The notes under the pieces: generated by a model
What the model saw: only the letters and a program-made list of their open reading frames with translations
What the model was told of the DNA's origin: nothing
Database searches by the model: none
Program-made: the position numbers and the translations under genes
Virus record (IMG/VR): IMGVR_UViG_3300011334_000503
DNA length: 64,000 nt
Origin: an uncultured virus (IMG/VR IMGVR_UViG_3300011334_000503)
Lineage: Duplodnaviria; Heunggongvirae; Uroviricota; Caudoviricetes
Direction: 5' to 3' (one strand)
Part shown: positions 25,446 through 35,885 of the stretch, in pieces
How the letters are laid out: the number at the start of each line of letters is the position of its first letter
Numbering within the stretch: the first letter of the stretch is position 1

Positions 25446-28400
25446 CTATGCTAAATCAGGTCTAAAAGATACATGTATATGATTATAGTGACCACTAGTA
25501 TTCCACAAAACTGCTTTTGGATTTCCTCTTTCTATATTTCTTGAAAATCCCGCATTAATTAATTGCGCTACAAATCTATCTGCTTTTTGTTTAGCAATAT
25601 CATTATTTGTTTTTGTAGCTAAACCATCTATGATTGCTATATCAACCGCATTTCCTGTGCTATGTCTAGATACATTTCCAGAATTAGTGTTAACATCATG
25701 ACCACCAATACCAGTAGTAACCGTAACTACTACTCCTGCGCTAACAGCAGCTGCGCTTATTGAGCTCATTAATGATGCATTTAATTTTTCACCGTTAGGA
25801 CTTCCTAATTTTCCAGATGCTAATTTAACATTGGGATATGTTCCTGAATCCACTGATGGATAATTAGTAAAATCTGTTATGGTTACATCTGAATCTGGAG
25901 TTTCTTCAGGAGGTTGAGTTGATACAAAAGCTTGCTCTGGTGGATATATAAGTTTAAGATTTTTAATATCAAAATCTTGTCTCTTTTTTAAGAATATCAT
26001 ATTCGCTCTTACATTACTTTTCCACTCATTACCTTCTATGGATTGATCTAATCCAACAGCGACAAATCCTACTGTATTTAAGCGGTCTTGTTTTCCATAT
26101 ACGTCTCTTACACTAAGATCATAAGTGTATGGTAAAAATTGACTAGATATTGTAAAAGATTGTCCCATTCCTAATCCAGAAATTCCATCAATTGAAAAGT
26201 TTAAAGATACTGGTATTACCGCAGATGCTCTTGTACCTTTTTCATTTGTTTTTATTTTGGACATCTTTTCTATATAGTAATTAGTTGCATGACTTATACT
26301 AGTTTGCGCAGGAGTTGTATCAGAATAGAAAGTCTTTATTGCTTTGTTAAATTGAGCTGCTGAATTCTTCATCGCTTCAGTTGGAAGAGCTACAGAAGAT
26401 TTAATTTCACCTCTATTCAAAATATATCTATCGTTATATCCTATATTATAAAATCCAAAGCTGTCTGAAGATTTTGAAAGAGATGATAGATCTTTAGCTT
26501 CAGAATTAGCTGAAATAGCTAACATATTCGCTAGTTTTGTAGAAACTTCTGTTTTTATTTCTATACTTCTAGCTATAGAACCCACGCCAAAAAGAGGAAA
26601 TTCTGTTTTGTTAGTAGGTGTTATATATTTTTCTTCTACATTTGGAGTAAATTGATCATCTATGATATGCAGCACATTTCCATAATCATCATATGCCAAT
26701 CTAAAAATATTAATATCTCCTAAAAATTTATTTATATCAAATAGTAATTGTTCTACGAATTCTTTAGCATATATATCATGAGATCCATCTTGCTTTACAT
26801 AGCTAGCTACCATATTTAAAAGATAATCACAACTTACTAAAATGTTCATAGTTTTACCAGAGTATATATTCTTATCAGTTCCTTTAATTAGTTTGAACTT
26901 TGGTAAACTCGTAGATAATCTGTCTTCTGAATCAGGCTTATATACATCTTTTTCAGATATTGTTGATTGATCAAAAAGTTCTTTAAAATCCGCATTTGTT
27001 CCTTCAAAAGGAATTAATATATCATAAGGATTTGTTGAGAGTTGCTTAGCGTTAGATAAACAAATATTTGTATTCGTATTAAAATCAAAATATACTAGAG
27101 GAGTTGTAGCCTTAGAATCTTTTTTATTATCGTAAATATTACATATGTGATTAATTATCATTAAAACAAAACCCAACTTTATATACACTGGATGGTTCAT
27201 TTGCGTTCCGTCAAAAACTCCTGAATTGAATTTGTATGGAACAGTATAAGTAGTCATAAGATCTTTAAAATCTACTCTACAATCTTTAGAATATAAATCT
27301 GTTGCAGTACAAGAATTTCCCATAAGACTAAAATTAAATCCAAATTTAGATCTCAATTTTAGCATATTTTCTTGGGTAATACTTTCATTTATAGTTTTAT
27401 CATAGTTTTTACACTCTACTTCTTCAGCAGATTTATCGTTATTAATTAAATCATCTAATATACTAGAAAACAATCCAATAGAAAATAACTTTTTAGTAAA
27501 AGAATTATAATGTTTAGAGTTAGTAATATCTAGTTTAGAAACTAATTTAACAGTGTCTATATTACTTACGTTTATTGCATTATCTAAGGAGTATAACTGA
27601 ATTGTTCTTATTAATACTTCAAAAGCTGATTGGTATTTTAAAGATTCTGAAGTTTGAATATCTTCAACATTAATTTCTGAAGTTGGTTCTTGAGGAGGAA
27701 CTATATCTTTTTGATTTTGTGAAGCTTGTTCTTTACTTATAGTATTAGCATCTACTGGAATTATTACAGACTTATCATTTATTGAAAAATTCTTTAGTAT
27801 TGCTAAATCACTAAAAAATAAAGTTATAGTAATTGGAATGCTAACGTCTATAGTTTTTTTATTAATAATTGGATTTCCGTCTTTGTCTTTTCCAACTATT
27901 TCATTTATGCTTTGAGCACGATCTATAAAAATTGTTTTGGTTGCTTCGTATCCAAAAATATCAAAACCTCCTTCTATTATATGACTCGTTTTTAATTTCC
28001 AATTTCCACTATTATTTGTAATAGCGCTTTTTATTGCATTGGTAACAGATTCGTTAAATTTTTTATCTGCTATTAGAGAATTTTGTATTTGAACTTGATC
28101 TTGAGCATCCATTAAATATCTGCCTAAAAAGAATACGGGTGTAAACTTTATTGCAGATTTAATATACTCAAGCGCACCTTCCCAAAATCCGTCAGAGTTT
28201 TTAACATCATTTATAGCTTCTTTTGTTAAATTTTTGCCAGTAGTAAAAAGAGTATGATGTTTATTATAGTCGTAATCTAATTTAATATAGTATTTGTTTT
28301 TTCCTATGCTATACGATATTTCTGATTCGTATAGGTTTCTTGAAGCTAATGGATAAGGAAAATTAAAAGTTTTAGTATCATTTATTGTTATATATGCTGT

Positions 28401-29951
28401 AGATGGTTGAATAACTGACTTGCTTTTTCTTAATAATGCGCCCGTTAATAGATCTGCTGCGTTGTAAAAAGTAGATTTTGGCAATGATTGAGCTTGAAAT
28501 CCTCCTAAAGCTTCATTTGTTCGATTTACTACACTCGAATTAACATCGTAATTTGTATTTGATAGTAAAAAAGGACGTGTGTTATTAACCACACTCACAT
28601 CTATAGTAGCTTCTATTCCGTCTTTATCGTAAGTAACCGGCAATAAAGACTTTGTTCTAGCGATTGATATATATTCGTAATCTGAGTTTCCTCTTTTAGC
28701 CAACACCTCATAAATTTGACCATCTGAAGATTCTATTTGCCTATTAGTTCTTCCTTCACTTCCCGCTTTAACAGCTTCGTCAAAGGTAGGTAATCTATCT
28801 ACATTTTGACCATCTATAAAAAGAGTTTCTCCATCGCATTTCCATTTTCCGCTAGAATTTAATCCAGTAGTTTGATAAGTTCCATCTAAGTAATAATATC
28901 TTTGAGTTTGTACTCCTTTTTGATCTGTAGTTATAAACACTGCAGCATTTGGTTGAAGAGTTCCTTTTTTATTTGTAGGTCCAACACTAACCCCTTCTCT
29001 ATTTCTAATGCAAGGAGGATAATTTGCAAGATCTAAAGATTGCTCTAAGACTATTTGTTTTTGCTCTAAATTTCGAGCTATCTCAGCTTGTTTTATTAGG
29101 GTATTATATAGCTTTTTTATAATATCTTTTTGTAACTCTGGAAGTACGTTCGGATTATTTATTTTAATTCCTGATGCTAATACTCCTAAGGCCATTAATT
29201 TTATATTGCAATCATAACCGCCTTCTTGATTGTAGCTAAAGGTGAAATTTGTCACCATTCCTAGCATTGCATCGTAATTGCCTTCTGAATCTACAATGTT
29301 CTTGTATATCTTATTAAATATTTTTTCTTTTGTGAGTTCGCTTTCAAAAGGATTAATGCCATATTCTTCTCCCCAATGTAATGTATTGTCTTTATCTCCG
29401 TTTTTAAAAAATGCTGTATGACCCCATTCTAAAAACATAGTGAATCCTAGCTTAAAATACAAAGCATCGATTATATCTAATTGAGTTTTATCCCAAACTT
29501 TTATTAAGATGTCTGCAGATCTTAAAGATCCCATTTTACCTTGCGTTTGAACTCTTACACTTTGTATACCTGGCATTGGTCTATAACCATAATCTTCTAT
29601 TTCAGTTTGATTAGTTATATTATATGCAGATAATCCTGATCTTAAATCATAACCTTTTGTATCTTCATTAAATTTAGATATTCCGCCTTGAAGAATAAAG
29701 TTTTTTGCAAGAGAAGTAGCATCTTTTATTTCTATTCCTAAACTTTTGAAATATTGTTGATCTGTTGGATTAGTAATGTCTACAGAAGATATAAGTCTTA
29801 CGAAACAAGTTTTATTTCCTTGATACAAAATATTGTTTGTATCTCTAGAAACTTCTCTCATTTTTTCAGATCTCTTATTCAATTGATTAACTATCCACTG
29901 AGGAACAGGGACTCCCATCGCATTGCTAACTCTACTTGATTCTATAGCCAT
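25446..29951 (-). CDS. baseplate hub-like protein with C-terminal peptidase M15 (peptidoglycan hydrolase) domain
   Basis: 1501 aa; RPMPGI and LEWGH hub-like N-terminus; C-terminal SRHSTGNAVDI...HYNHIHVS zinc-peptidase motif. Confidence 0.7.
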   Translation of the reverse strand: MAIESSRVSNAMGVPVPQWIVNQLNKRSEKMREVSRDTNNILYQGNKTCFVRLISSVDITNPTDQQYFKSLGIEIKDATSLAKNFILQGGISKFNEDTKGYDLRSGLSAYNITNQTEIEDYGYRPMPGIQSVRVQTQGKMGSLRSADILIKVWDKTQLDIIDALYFKLGFTMFLEWGHTAFFKNGDKDNTLHWGEEYGINPFESELTKEKIFNKIYKNIVDSEGNYDAMLGMVTNFTFSYNQEGGYDCNIKLMALGVLASGIKINNPNVLPELQKDIIKKLYNTLIKQAEIARNLEQKQIVLEQSLDLANYPPCIRNREGVSVGPTNKKGTLQPNAAVFITTDQKGVQTQRYYYLDGTYQTTGLNSSGKWKCDGETLFIDGQNVDRLPTFDEAVKAGSEGRTNRQIESSDGQIYEVLAKRGNSDYEYISIARTKSLLPVTYDKDGIEATIDVSVVNNTRPFLLSNTNYDVNSSVVNRTNEALGGFQAQSLPKSTFYNAADLLTGALLRKSKSVIQPSTAYITINDTKTFNFPYPLASRNLYESEISYSIGKNKYYIKLDYDYNKHHTLFTTGKNLTKEAINDVKNSDGFWEGALEYIKSAIKFTPVFFLGRYLMDAQDQVQIQNSLIADKKFNESVTNAIKSAITNNSGNWKLKTSHIIEGGFDIFGYEATKTIFIDRAQSINEIVGKDKDGNPIINKKTIDVSIPITITLFFSDLAILKNFSINDKSVIIPVDANTISKEQASQNQKDIVPPQEPTSEINVEDIQTSESLKYQSAFEVLIRTIQLYSLDNAINVSNIDTVKLVSKLDITNSKHYNSFTKKLFSIGLFSSILDDLINNDKSAEEVECKNYDKTINESITQENMLKLRSKFGFNFSLMGNSCTATDLYSKDCRVDFKDLMTTYTVPYKFNSGVFDGTQMNHPVYIKLGFVLMIINHICNIYDNKKDSKATTPLVYFDFNTNTNICLSNAKQLSTNPYDILIPFEGTNADFKELFDQSTISEKDVYKPDSEDRLSTSLPKFKLIKGTDKNIYSGKTMNILVSCDYLLNMVASYVKQDGSHDIYAKEFVEQLLFDINKFLGDINIFRLAYDDYGNVLHIIDDQFTPNVEEKYITPTNKTEFPLFGVGSIARSIEIKTEVSTKLANMLAISANSEAKDLSSLSKSSDSFGFYNIGYNDRYILNRGEIKSSVALPTEAMKNSAAQFNKAIKTFYSDTTPAQTSISHATNYYIEKMSKIKTNEKGTRASAVIPVSLNFSIDGISGLGMGQSFTISSQFLPYTYDLSVRDVYGKQDRLNTVGFVAVGLDQSIEGNEWKSNVRANMIFLKKRQDFDIKNLKLIYPPEQAFVSTQPPEETPDSDVTITDFTNYPSVDSGTYPNVKLASGKLGSPNGEKLNASLMSSISAAAVSAGVVVTVTTGIGGHDVNTNSGNVSRHSTGNAVDIAIIDGLATKTNNDIAKQKADRFVAQLINAGFSRNIERGNPKAVLWNTSGHYNHIHVSFRPDLA

Positions 29952-29953
29952 AA

Positions 29954-30259
29954 CTATCGAATTATATTTATTGTCTTATAAGAATCTAATATACTTCTTA
30001 GATCTGTAGGTATTCTTAACTGAATTCCCGGTTCTGGATAAAGAGAGTCGCTAGAAAGACCATTTGCTGATGGTATTACCCACCAAAGACTAGGATCTCC
30101 GTAAAAATTATTTGCTAATAAATCGAATCTATCTCCAAGAGCGGTTATTACGTAATTATCATTTTCAGTAACAGGGATATCAGGATAGATATTGTTTGAA
30201 TAGTATAGACTTCCAGTTCCGCTATACTTATCAGTCTGTATGTTTTGGTATCTGTTCAT
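29954..30259 (-). CDS. LysM/tail-X-like baseplate protein
   Basis: GDRFDLLANNFYGDPSLWWVIPSAN...GIQLRIP. Confidence 0.8.
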   Translation of the reverse strand: MNRYQNIQTDKYSGTGSLYYSNNIYPDIPVTENDNYVITALGDRFDLLANNFYGDPSLWWVIPSANGLSSDSLYPEPGIQLRIPTDLRSILDSYKTINIIR

Positions 30260-30267
30260 ACTTTTTG

Positions 30268-31977
30268 TTAGTCGCTGCTTTCTAATTCTTGATTACGATT
30301 TCTTCCTAAATTAGGTATTCCGCTTATTGGAGAATTGTTATTTACTACTGGATTAAGATTTCTTGCAGTAGCAGGTACTGTTTCAAGTTCAACAGTTGGT
30401 CTTATAATCACGTAATTGTCATCTTGCTGAGTAATAAAAGGAATATTTCTGTTATCAGAATTTTCTCTTCTTGGCAAGAAATCTTGAATAGGTTTAAAGC
30501 CACATTGTACATTTATTACGTGAGGAAGTTGTTTTATGTTTTCGTTACTTGCAATTTCCCAAGGTACATTATCATCTACTGTGATACTGACGTTTTCTAG
30601 CATTCCTGCAACTCTATAAAGATAATCACCTACAGTAAGTCTTATAATAGGAGCTCTCATTATTCCATAAGTGTCTGAATAATCAGGATATACTTGAGAA
30701 ATTAAATGATTTAGCTTTGAGTATAGTGGTCTTTGTTCTTGTTCAGATCCAACAGCTATTTTAAAAGAAAATCCTATTGTTCTACTTACGCCTTGATAAG
30801 TATAAAAATCTTCTCCTCTTCCTATATACTTAAAAGCATTTATCGATGCTTGATGATTATCATTAAAACCAGCTAAATAAGCTCTAAAAAATATAGCCCA
30901 AGATTCTGAAGGTCTATTATTCTCTATGGCCTCAAACACAAATTTTATTATATCTTTAGTTTCTGTTTTATCTTTTCTGGCATCCCAAGGATCTTTAGTA
31001 TTATCAAAAATAAAAGAGTTTAAAGCATTCATTTTATCTGATCTGCCCTTAACTGTTAAATTATATACAGCTTCTCTATTAGGAATAGAAACATTTGGAT
31101 TTCTGTAGTCTTGTATAAAAGTACTTTTCTTTCCCGCTGCTACTTTATTTAAACTCTGATCCATGATATTATCGTAAGTCATGGAAAAAGTAGTATTCAT
31201 TTTAGAAGCTCTAGAAGTATCTTCAACTCTCTTTATAGTAGTTGCTCCTATTCCGTAAACAGATTCAGGTCCACCCAAATAATTAAATAGTAATTGTCTG
31301 TTCAAAGAAATTCCAAGATTGTTAACTTGGTTGATATTGACTATAGAATTAGAAGGCCTACTAGCGAGTTTCAAGTTTCTCAATATCAAAAGTCTATTAA
31401 CATCGACTACAGACTCTGCGTTTAAAAGAGATTGCGCTCCTACGATGTCTTTATAATATTTAGAAGCATAATCGAATGGACTAATTCCTGCTCTTGGAAC
31501 GTGAAATCCTGTGCCAGCAAATCCAACTTGCTCTAGCGTATTGAATCCTCTATTGTATATTCTAGTATTGTTTAATAGTCCAGGAAGAATATTGCTTGCT
31601 GGAGCTACTTGAAAAGATTTTCCAGTTTCTATTTTAGGATTGCTTAATTGCAGTCCAATCTGTTTATCTAAAAATATCTTTCCTCTAGAAGGATCTTTCA
31701 TGAACTTTTTGATCCTTTCTTTATCTACTTTACTTGATATTGTAAAAGTTTGAGTTCCTATATTAAAATCGATATTTCCTCCTCTAATCGGAAAGTCTGC
31801 GTTTCCAGTAGTTCCAGGTTTAAATATTGGATTAGTATTTCCTGGTCCAGGTAAAGTTATTAGATTATCTGGAGCCATCCTAGTTTGGATATAAGGAAGA
31901 CCCGAAGATCCACCACCAGGTCGATCCATTCCGTATTTAAGACTTTTTAAGTTGGTTTTTAGGTCTATTAGTGGCAT
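30268..31977 (-). CDS. baseplate/tail-tube initiator-like protein
   Basis: C-terminal FRAYL..FND...YIGRGEDFYTYQGVSRTIGFSF...RLTVGD; located next to the tape measure. Confidence 0.6.
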   Translation of the reverse strand: MPLIDLKTNLKSLKYGMDRPGGGSSGLPYIQTRMAPDNLITLPGPGNTNPIFKPGTTGNADFPIRGGNIDFNIGTQTFTISSKVDKERIKKFMKDPSRGKIFLDKQIGLQLSNPKIETGKSFQVAPASNILPGLLNNTRIYNRGFNTLEQVGFAGTGFHVPRAGISPFDYASKYYKDIVGAQSLLNAESVVDVNRLLILRNLKLASRPSNSIVNINQVNNLGISLNRQLLFNYLGGPESVYGIGATTIKRVEDTSRASKMNTTFSMTYDNIMDQSLNKVAAGKKSTFIQDYRNPNVSIPNREAVYNLTVKGRSDKMNALNSFIFDNTKDPWDARKDKTETKDIIKFVFEAIENNRPSESWAIFFRAYLAGFNDNHQASINAFKYIGRGEDFYTYQGVSRTIGFSFKIAVGSEQEQRPLYSKLNHLISQVYPDYSDTYGIMRAPIIRLTVGDYLYRVAGMLENVSITVDDNVPWEIASNENIKQLPHVINVQCGFKPIQDFLPRRENSDNRNIPFITQQDDNYVIIRPTVELETVPATARNLNPVVNNNSPISGIPNLGRNRNQELESSD

Positions 31978-31979
31978 AA

Positions 31980-34205
31980 TTATTTTCCCATTTTTCCAGT
32001 TTGATTATTGTCTTGATTACTCATTTTCGGAAACGATTTTTTTGTAACTTTAGCCACTGGTTCTCCATCTAGTTGTAATATTATAGTTTGATTAGGCGAT
32101 CCCATTAAAGTAGATTGAGAAGCTGTTGAAGCTCCCGTAGAAGAAATAGTAGCAGGACCTGCTTGTTCTTTTGCTGCTGTCATACTTAAATTTCCTCCCA
32201 TAGATCTTACTCTATCTCCTGCGCCATCTAAAAATCCTTTTAGTTCTGCTGATTTTTGTTCAGATATAACTCCAAAGAAGTCCATAGCACTTATGATTCC
32301 GCTAGCTACAGAAGCTACGACATCTACGATAGTTGCGAAAACGTCTCTAACAGTCATTAGCACAGTTCTTATATTTTGAGGTTGACTTAAAAAATTCATC
32401 ATACCTTCTATCTTACCTATTATTCCACTCTTTTCAACGAAATCAGATATAGATTGTTTTATTTTTTCCATAAAAGCTCCTATCTTTTCTTGTAAGCTAG
32501 CATTAACAAGATTTTGATAGTTTTCTTCTCCTATAGCTTCAGATAAAGCTTTTTGATTTTTATATTTAGCTAATCCTAATCTGAGCTGCTCTCGTGAGTT
32601 ATCCGTATCTTTTGCTCCTAGCTTAGATAACATCTCTTGTTTCTTTAACATATCACCCATCTGATCCCTGCTCATTCCCATAGCGCCTGCAAATGCTTCT
32701 TGCTGAATTCTGTTCATCTTCATGAAATCAGCTGTAGATCCGACTTGTTTGTTTATTTCTGCTGCAGCTCCTGCAAGATCGTTATTTAAAAACATCTCTC
32801 TTGCCTTTGCAAGATTGATCTCTTTTCCTGTTAAAAGTTGAGCTTCAAATTCTTTACTTATGCTAGATTCAAAATCTAAGAAAGAATCAGCCATCGCGTC
32901 TAACTCTTTTAATTCCATACCCATAGCTTTAACTGTCAATAAAGACTTAGTTAATTGAGCTGGATATTTTGCGAACTGGAGTCCTAAAACTCCACCGAGA
33001 CTTGAGGCTTCTTTTAGTATTTGTTTGTTTTCGAATTGTATTCCTGTAGCTTGTTTTAGACCTTTTACTTGAGCGAATACTGATTTTACTATCGATTCGT
33101 TAGACTTACCGTTTATTATAGAAGATTGCGTTATAGACGCTATAGTGTCAGCTTCTACTCCTGCAATGTCTTTTAACTTTATATTTGTTGCAAGATTTTG
33201 AGTAGATATACGATTGGTCACTCCTAAAAGACCAACCATCTCTGTTTGAGCCTGTACTAGTTTTTCGGTATTTACGAAAAGATCTCCGTTAGCTACGTTG
33301 ATGTCAGCGTATTGCATTTTAAGCTTACGAGCCTCTTCTGTAGACAAATTCATAGCTCTTGCGAACTTAACTGTCTTGTCTTGAATTCCGGTAATATAAT
33401 CAAACACTGACTTAAGACCTGATACTATTCCCGCTATTGCTCCGCCTAATATAGGAATTAAAGTTAAAGGATCGGTAAACACTTCTTTTATTCCTCCACC
33501 TGCTGCTTTAGCAAGTCCTCCAAACTTATCACCAAAAGATAGTTTTTTTCCTTGTTCGTTAAGATCTCTTGCTTTTTCTACCATATCGGCATAGTATTCT
33601 TTGCCGATTCCTAATTTATTAGCAAAAAGTCCCATCGCTTTTCCAGAAAAGCCTATATTTTTTTCTATCTTTTTTTCAAAATCTAACTCTTCTTTTAGTA
33701 GATCGTTAGTTTCTTTAGCTATTTTATTAGCTTGCATTGCTCCGGCTAAGGCTCTTTCTTCGACTCCTAAATTTTCTTCACTTAATTGAAGAACTGAGTC
33801 TAATAGAGATATTTCTGCTTCTATTGCGAGTTGATTAGTTCTATTTCCTGTTGCCTTCGCTCTAGCTAATTCAGTTTCTTTTTTCTTTATATCGGATATT
33901 TGATTGATATAATATTCAGCGTTTGCTTTTTGAGCTGCTGACATATTTTTTTCTATATCTTTTATTTTTATATCCGCTAATATTTGCTTTTCTTTGGCCC
34001 GTCTAAGTTCTTTTTCAATATCTTTTGTATTGATACTTTCTCTGTTTAACGCTTTTACTTTAGCGATAGATGCGTCTCTTAGATCGTTTATTTTTGATAG
34101 TAAAGATATACTTTTATTAAGTTCAGCGTTAGTATCGCCTTGAATTTGCTTAGAAGACCTTAACGATTCTTCTAATCCTTTACCTATATCTCTTTCTTCT
34201 GCCAT
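31980..34205 (-). CDS. tape measure protein
   Basis: 741 aa helical Ala/Gly/Lys-rich protein downstream of the tail chaperone; FESSISKEFEAQLLTG. Confidence 0.75.
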   Translation of the reverse strand: MAEERDIGKGLEESLRSSKQIQGDTNAELNKSISLLSKINDLRDASIAKVKALNRESINTKDIEKELRRAKEKQILADIKIKDIEKNMSAAQKANAEYYINQISDIKKKETELARAKATGNRTNQLAIEAEISLLDSVLQLSEENLGVEERALAGAMQANKIAKETNDLLKEELDFEKKIEKNIGFSGKAMGLFANKLGIGKEYYADMVEKARDLNEQGKKLSFGDKFGGLAKAAGGGIKEVFTDPLTLIPILGGAIAGIVSGLKSVFDYITGIQDKTVKFARAMNLSTEEARKLKMQYADINVANGDLFVNTEKLVQAQTEMVGLLGVTNRISTQNLATNIKLKDIAGVEADTIASITQSSIINGKSNESIVKSVFAQVKGLKQATGIQFENKQILKEASSLGGVLGLQFAKYPAQLTKSLLTVKAMGMELKELDAMADSFLDFESSISKEFEAQLLTGKEINLAKAREMFLNNDLAGAAAEINKQVGSTADFMKMNRIQQEAFAGAMGMSRDQMGDMLKKQEMLSKLGAKDTDNSREQLRLGLAKYKNQKALSEAIGEENYQNLVNASLQEKIGAFMEKIKQSISDFVEKSGIIGKIEGMMNFLSQPQNIRTVLMTVRDVFATIVDVVASVASGIISAMDFFGVISEQKSAELKGFLDGAGDRVRSMGGNLSMTAAKEQAGPATISSTGASTASQSTLMGSPNQTIILQLDGEPVAKVTKKSFPKMSNQDNNQTGKMGK

Positions 34206-34230
34206 GTATTTTATCTATAGAGATAAATAT

Positions 34231-34488
34231 TTACTTCTTAGGTTTTGCTTTAGTAACAAAATCAAAGTCTTTCGAAGCTTCCTTTACAAAATCGGGAATC
34301 TTGAACTTGTTTATATCTGTATTCTCTGTAACTTTTTGAGATTGCTGATCGCGCATCTCTTGTACCCTTTTTAGGTGCTCGTTTATCTTCTTAAGGTTAA
34401 ACCTACGGTGCGGAACCGGCATATTCCATACCTCGAAGTAACCGAAGCCTCCGCCACCGTGATAGGTTAATTCGAAGACTTCGGTCAT
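34231..34488 (-). CDS. tail assembly chaperone C-terminal ORF (likely fused to the upstream ORF by frameshift)
   Basis: VFELTYHGGGGF...WNMPVPHRRF; the frame stays open upstream through the slippery run. Confidence 0.7.
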   Translation of the reverse strand: MTEVFELTYHGGGGFGYFEVWNMPVPHRRFNLKKINEHLKRVQEMRDQQSQKVTENTDINKFKIPDFVKEASKDFDFVTKAKPKK

Positions 34489-34498
34489 AAACTCTGGT

Positions 34499-35266
34499 CT
34501 ATAGTCCGCTCCCGGGAAAAAAGAATTCCGCTCCCATCGGTAGATCGGTGTCTATTTCTGTTCCATCTTTCAAAGTAAATTGAACTGACGTATCGATGTC
34601 TGGTGTGATCTGGGATACGTATTTCCTTAGCTCTATAGAGTCCCTAGAAAGTAATGCTCCGCTGTCTACAAAATCCCTAATGGTTTTTACTGAGAAGTCT
34701 CCGTTTACTGATGTGATTTGGTATTTCAATCTTGTGCTTAGAATTCCTTGATCTTGACCCAAGGATTTTTTAACTCCTTTGATTTCTTCGTCGATCTTTT
34801 TATCATCTGATACAGTAAGAATCTTGAAAGTTATCTCGTTCTTGGAGAATGGAAGCGTAAAAGAGAATTCGTTTTTGTTTTCAAACTTAGCAAAGTCTAC
34901 TTGTTTGTACTTAAGATTCTGAAGGTCTACTGTTACTGTTTCTTCGTCTCCTGTGTTTGGATTCCTGTACTTAAAAGAGTAGTCTTTACCGTAAGAAAGG
35001 ATACGAGCTGCTATAAGTAGACCGTTGCGATCTCCCAAAGTTAGATCCTCGTAATTAATAGGAGACTTGATTAGGCTTTTAAGCATCTTTTCGATAGCTA
35101 GACCCTGACGAAGAAGATTGATGTTAGTCAAAATATCCTCTTCCTTTGCGGTCATGTATTTCATTTCGATGTTTCCTGAGGAAAGCGTATTTTCTTTTGG
35201 GTATACTAATCCTTTTGATGGAAGATCTACCATTTCGGTAGGCACTGTAAACTTTGATTCGGACAT
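34499..35266 (-). CDS. tail/baseplate assembly chaperone (T4 gp26-like)
   Basis: VDLPSKG, MTAKEEDIL, GDRNGLLIAARILSYG; lies between tube and tape measure; ends FFFPGSGL. Confidence 0.75.
   Translation of the reverse strand: MSESKFTVPTEMVDLPSKGLVYPKENTLSSGNIEMKYMTAKEEDILTNINLLRQGLAIEKMLKSLIKSPINYEDLTLGDRNGLLIAARILSYGKDYSFKYRNPNTGDEETVTVDLQNLKYKQVDFAKFENKNEFSFTLPFSKNEITFKILTVSDDKKIDEEIKGVKKSLGQDQGILSTRLKYQITSVNGDFSVKTIRDFVDSGALLSRDSIELRKYVSQITPDIDTSVQFTLKDGTEIDTDLPMGAEFFFPGSGL
34511..34522 (-). other. candidate +1 programmed frameshift site TTT TTT CCC GGG
   Basis: Both the 0 and +1 frames read FFPG; the +1 frame continues ADYRPEF into ORF 34231..34488. Confidence 0.65.
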
Positions 35267-35314
35267 AAAATTAATTATTTATTTATAAATATACACAACA
35301 CTAAATTATTACAC

Positions 35315-35343
35315 AAAAAAAAGACCGCAGTGTTGCGGCCTTT
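35315..35343 (-). terminator. intrinsic terminator after the tail tube gene
   Basis: GGCCGCA-ACAC-TGCGGTC followed by T8. Confidence 0.85.
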
Positions 35344-35361
35344 CTCTTTAGTTTTTTATTT

Positions 35362-35847
35362 CTAGTAGTTGAGTATACAATAATCCATTCCGATCTGCAT
35401 TGTAAGTTCGGTAGGATCTGTTGTAGACCAATCGTATGCTCCAAACATTGCTTCTTTAATGAAAGCTCCTTTGATTATCCACTCAGATACAATATCGCCA
35501 ACTGGACCAATTATTGATAGGTTTAAATCCTTCTTGTAAAAGTCGGAGTAACCATCACGGCCTGTTACTGATTCGTGATGCAAGCGTACCCACTCCATAA
35601 CGGCTTGTTGGCCAGAAGGGGAGATAGGATTGTAAAGAGAAAGAGCCATGTCCCTCCACTCTGCTTTTCCTTTAAGCTTGCGATAAACGTTGATGTGGTC
35701 TAGTTTGATTTCACCCAAAGTCACACCTGGAGCGTCTGCCTTTTTAATCATGTAAGACGGAATACCGTCGATGTACATAACGAACCTGTTGGCTACTGTA
35801 GGTTCAAAGGCTGTATACATTATTTCTGATGGATCCAGTACTGGCAT
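35362..35847 (-). CDS. tail tube protein (T4 gp19-like)
   Basis: FEPTVANRF, KGKAEW, VMEW, YKKDL, EWIIKGAF; downstream of the sheath. Confidence 0.88.
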   Translation of the reverse strand: MPVLDPSEIMYTAFEPTVANRFVMYIDGIPSYMIKKADAPGVTLGEIKLDHINVYRKLKGKAEWRDMALSLYNPISPSGQQAVMEWVRLHHESVTGRDGYSDFYKKDLNLSIIGPVGDIVSEWIIKGAFIKEAMFGAYDWSTTDPTELTMQIGMDYCILNY

Positions 35848-35885
35848 CTCTTTTAATTTTTTGTTCTCTTATAAATATTCAGAAC

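Noticed and set aside
35284..35292. T4-type late promoters (TATAAATA) firing on the plus strand
   Set aside because: They would transcribe only antisense RNA; the consistent spacing to minus-strand starts favours a minus-strand element.
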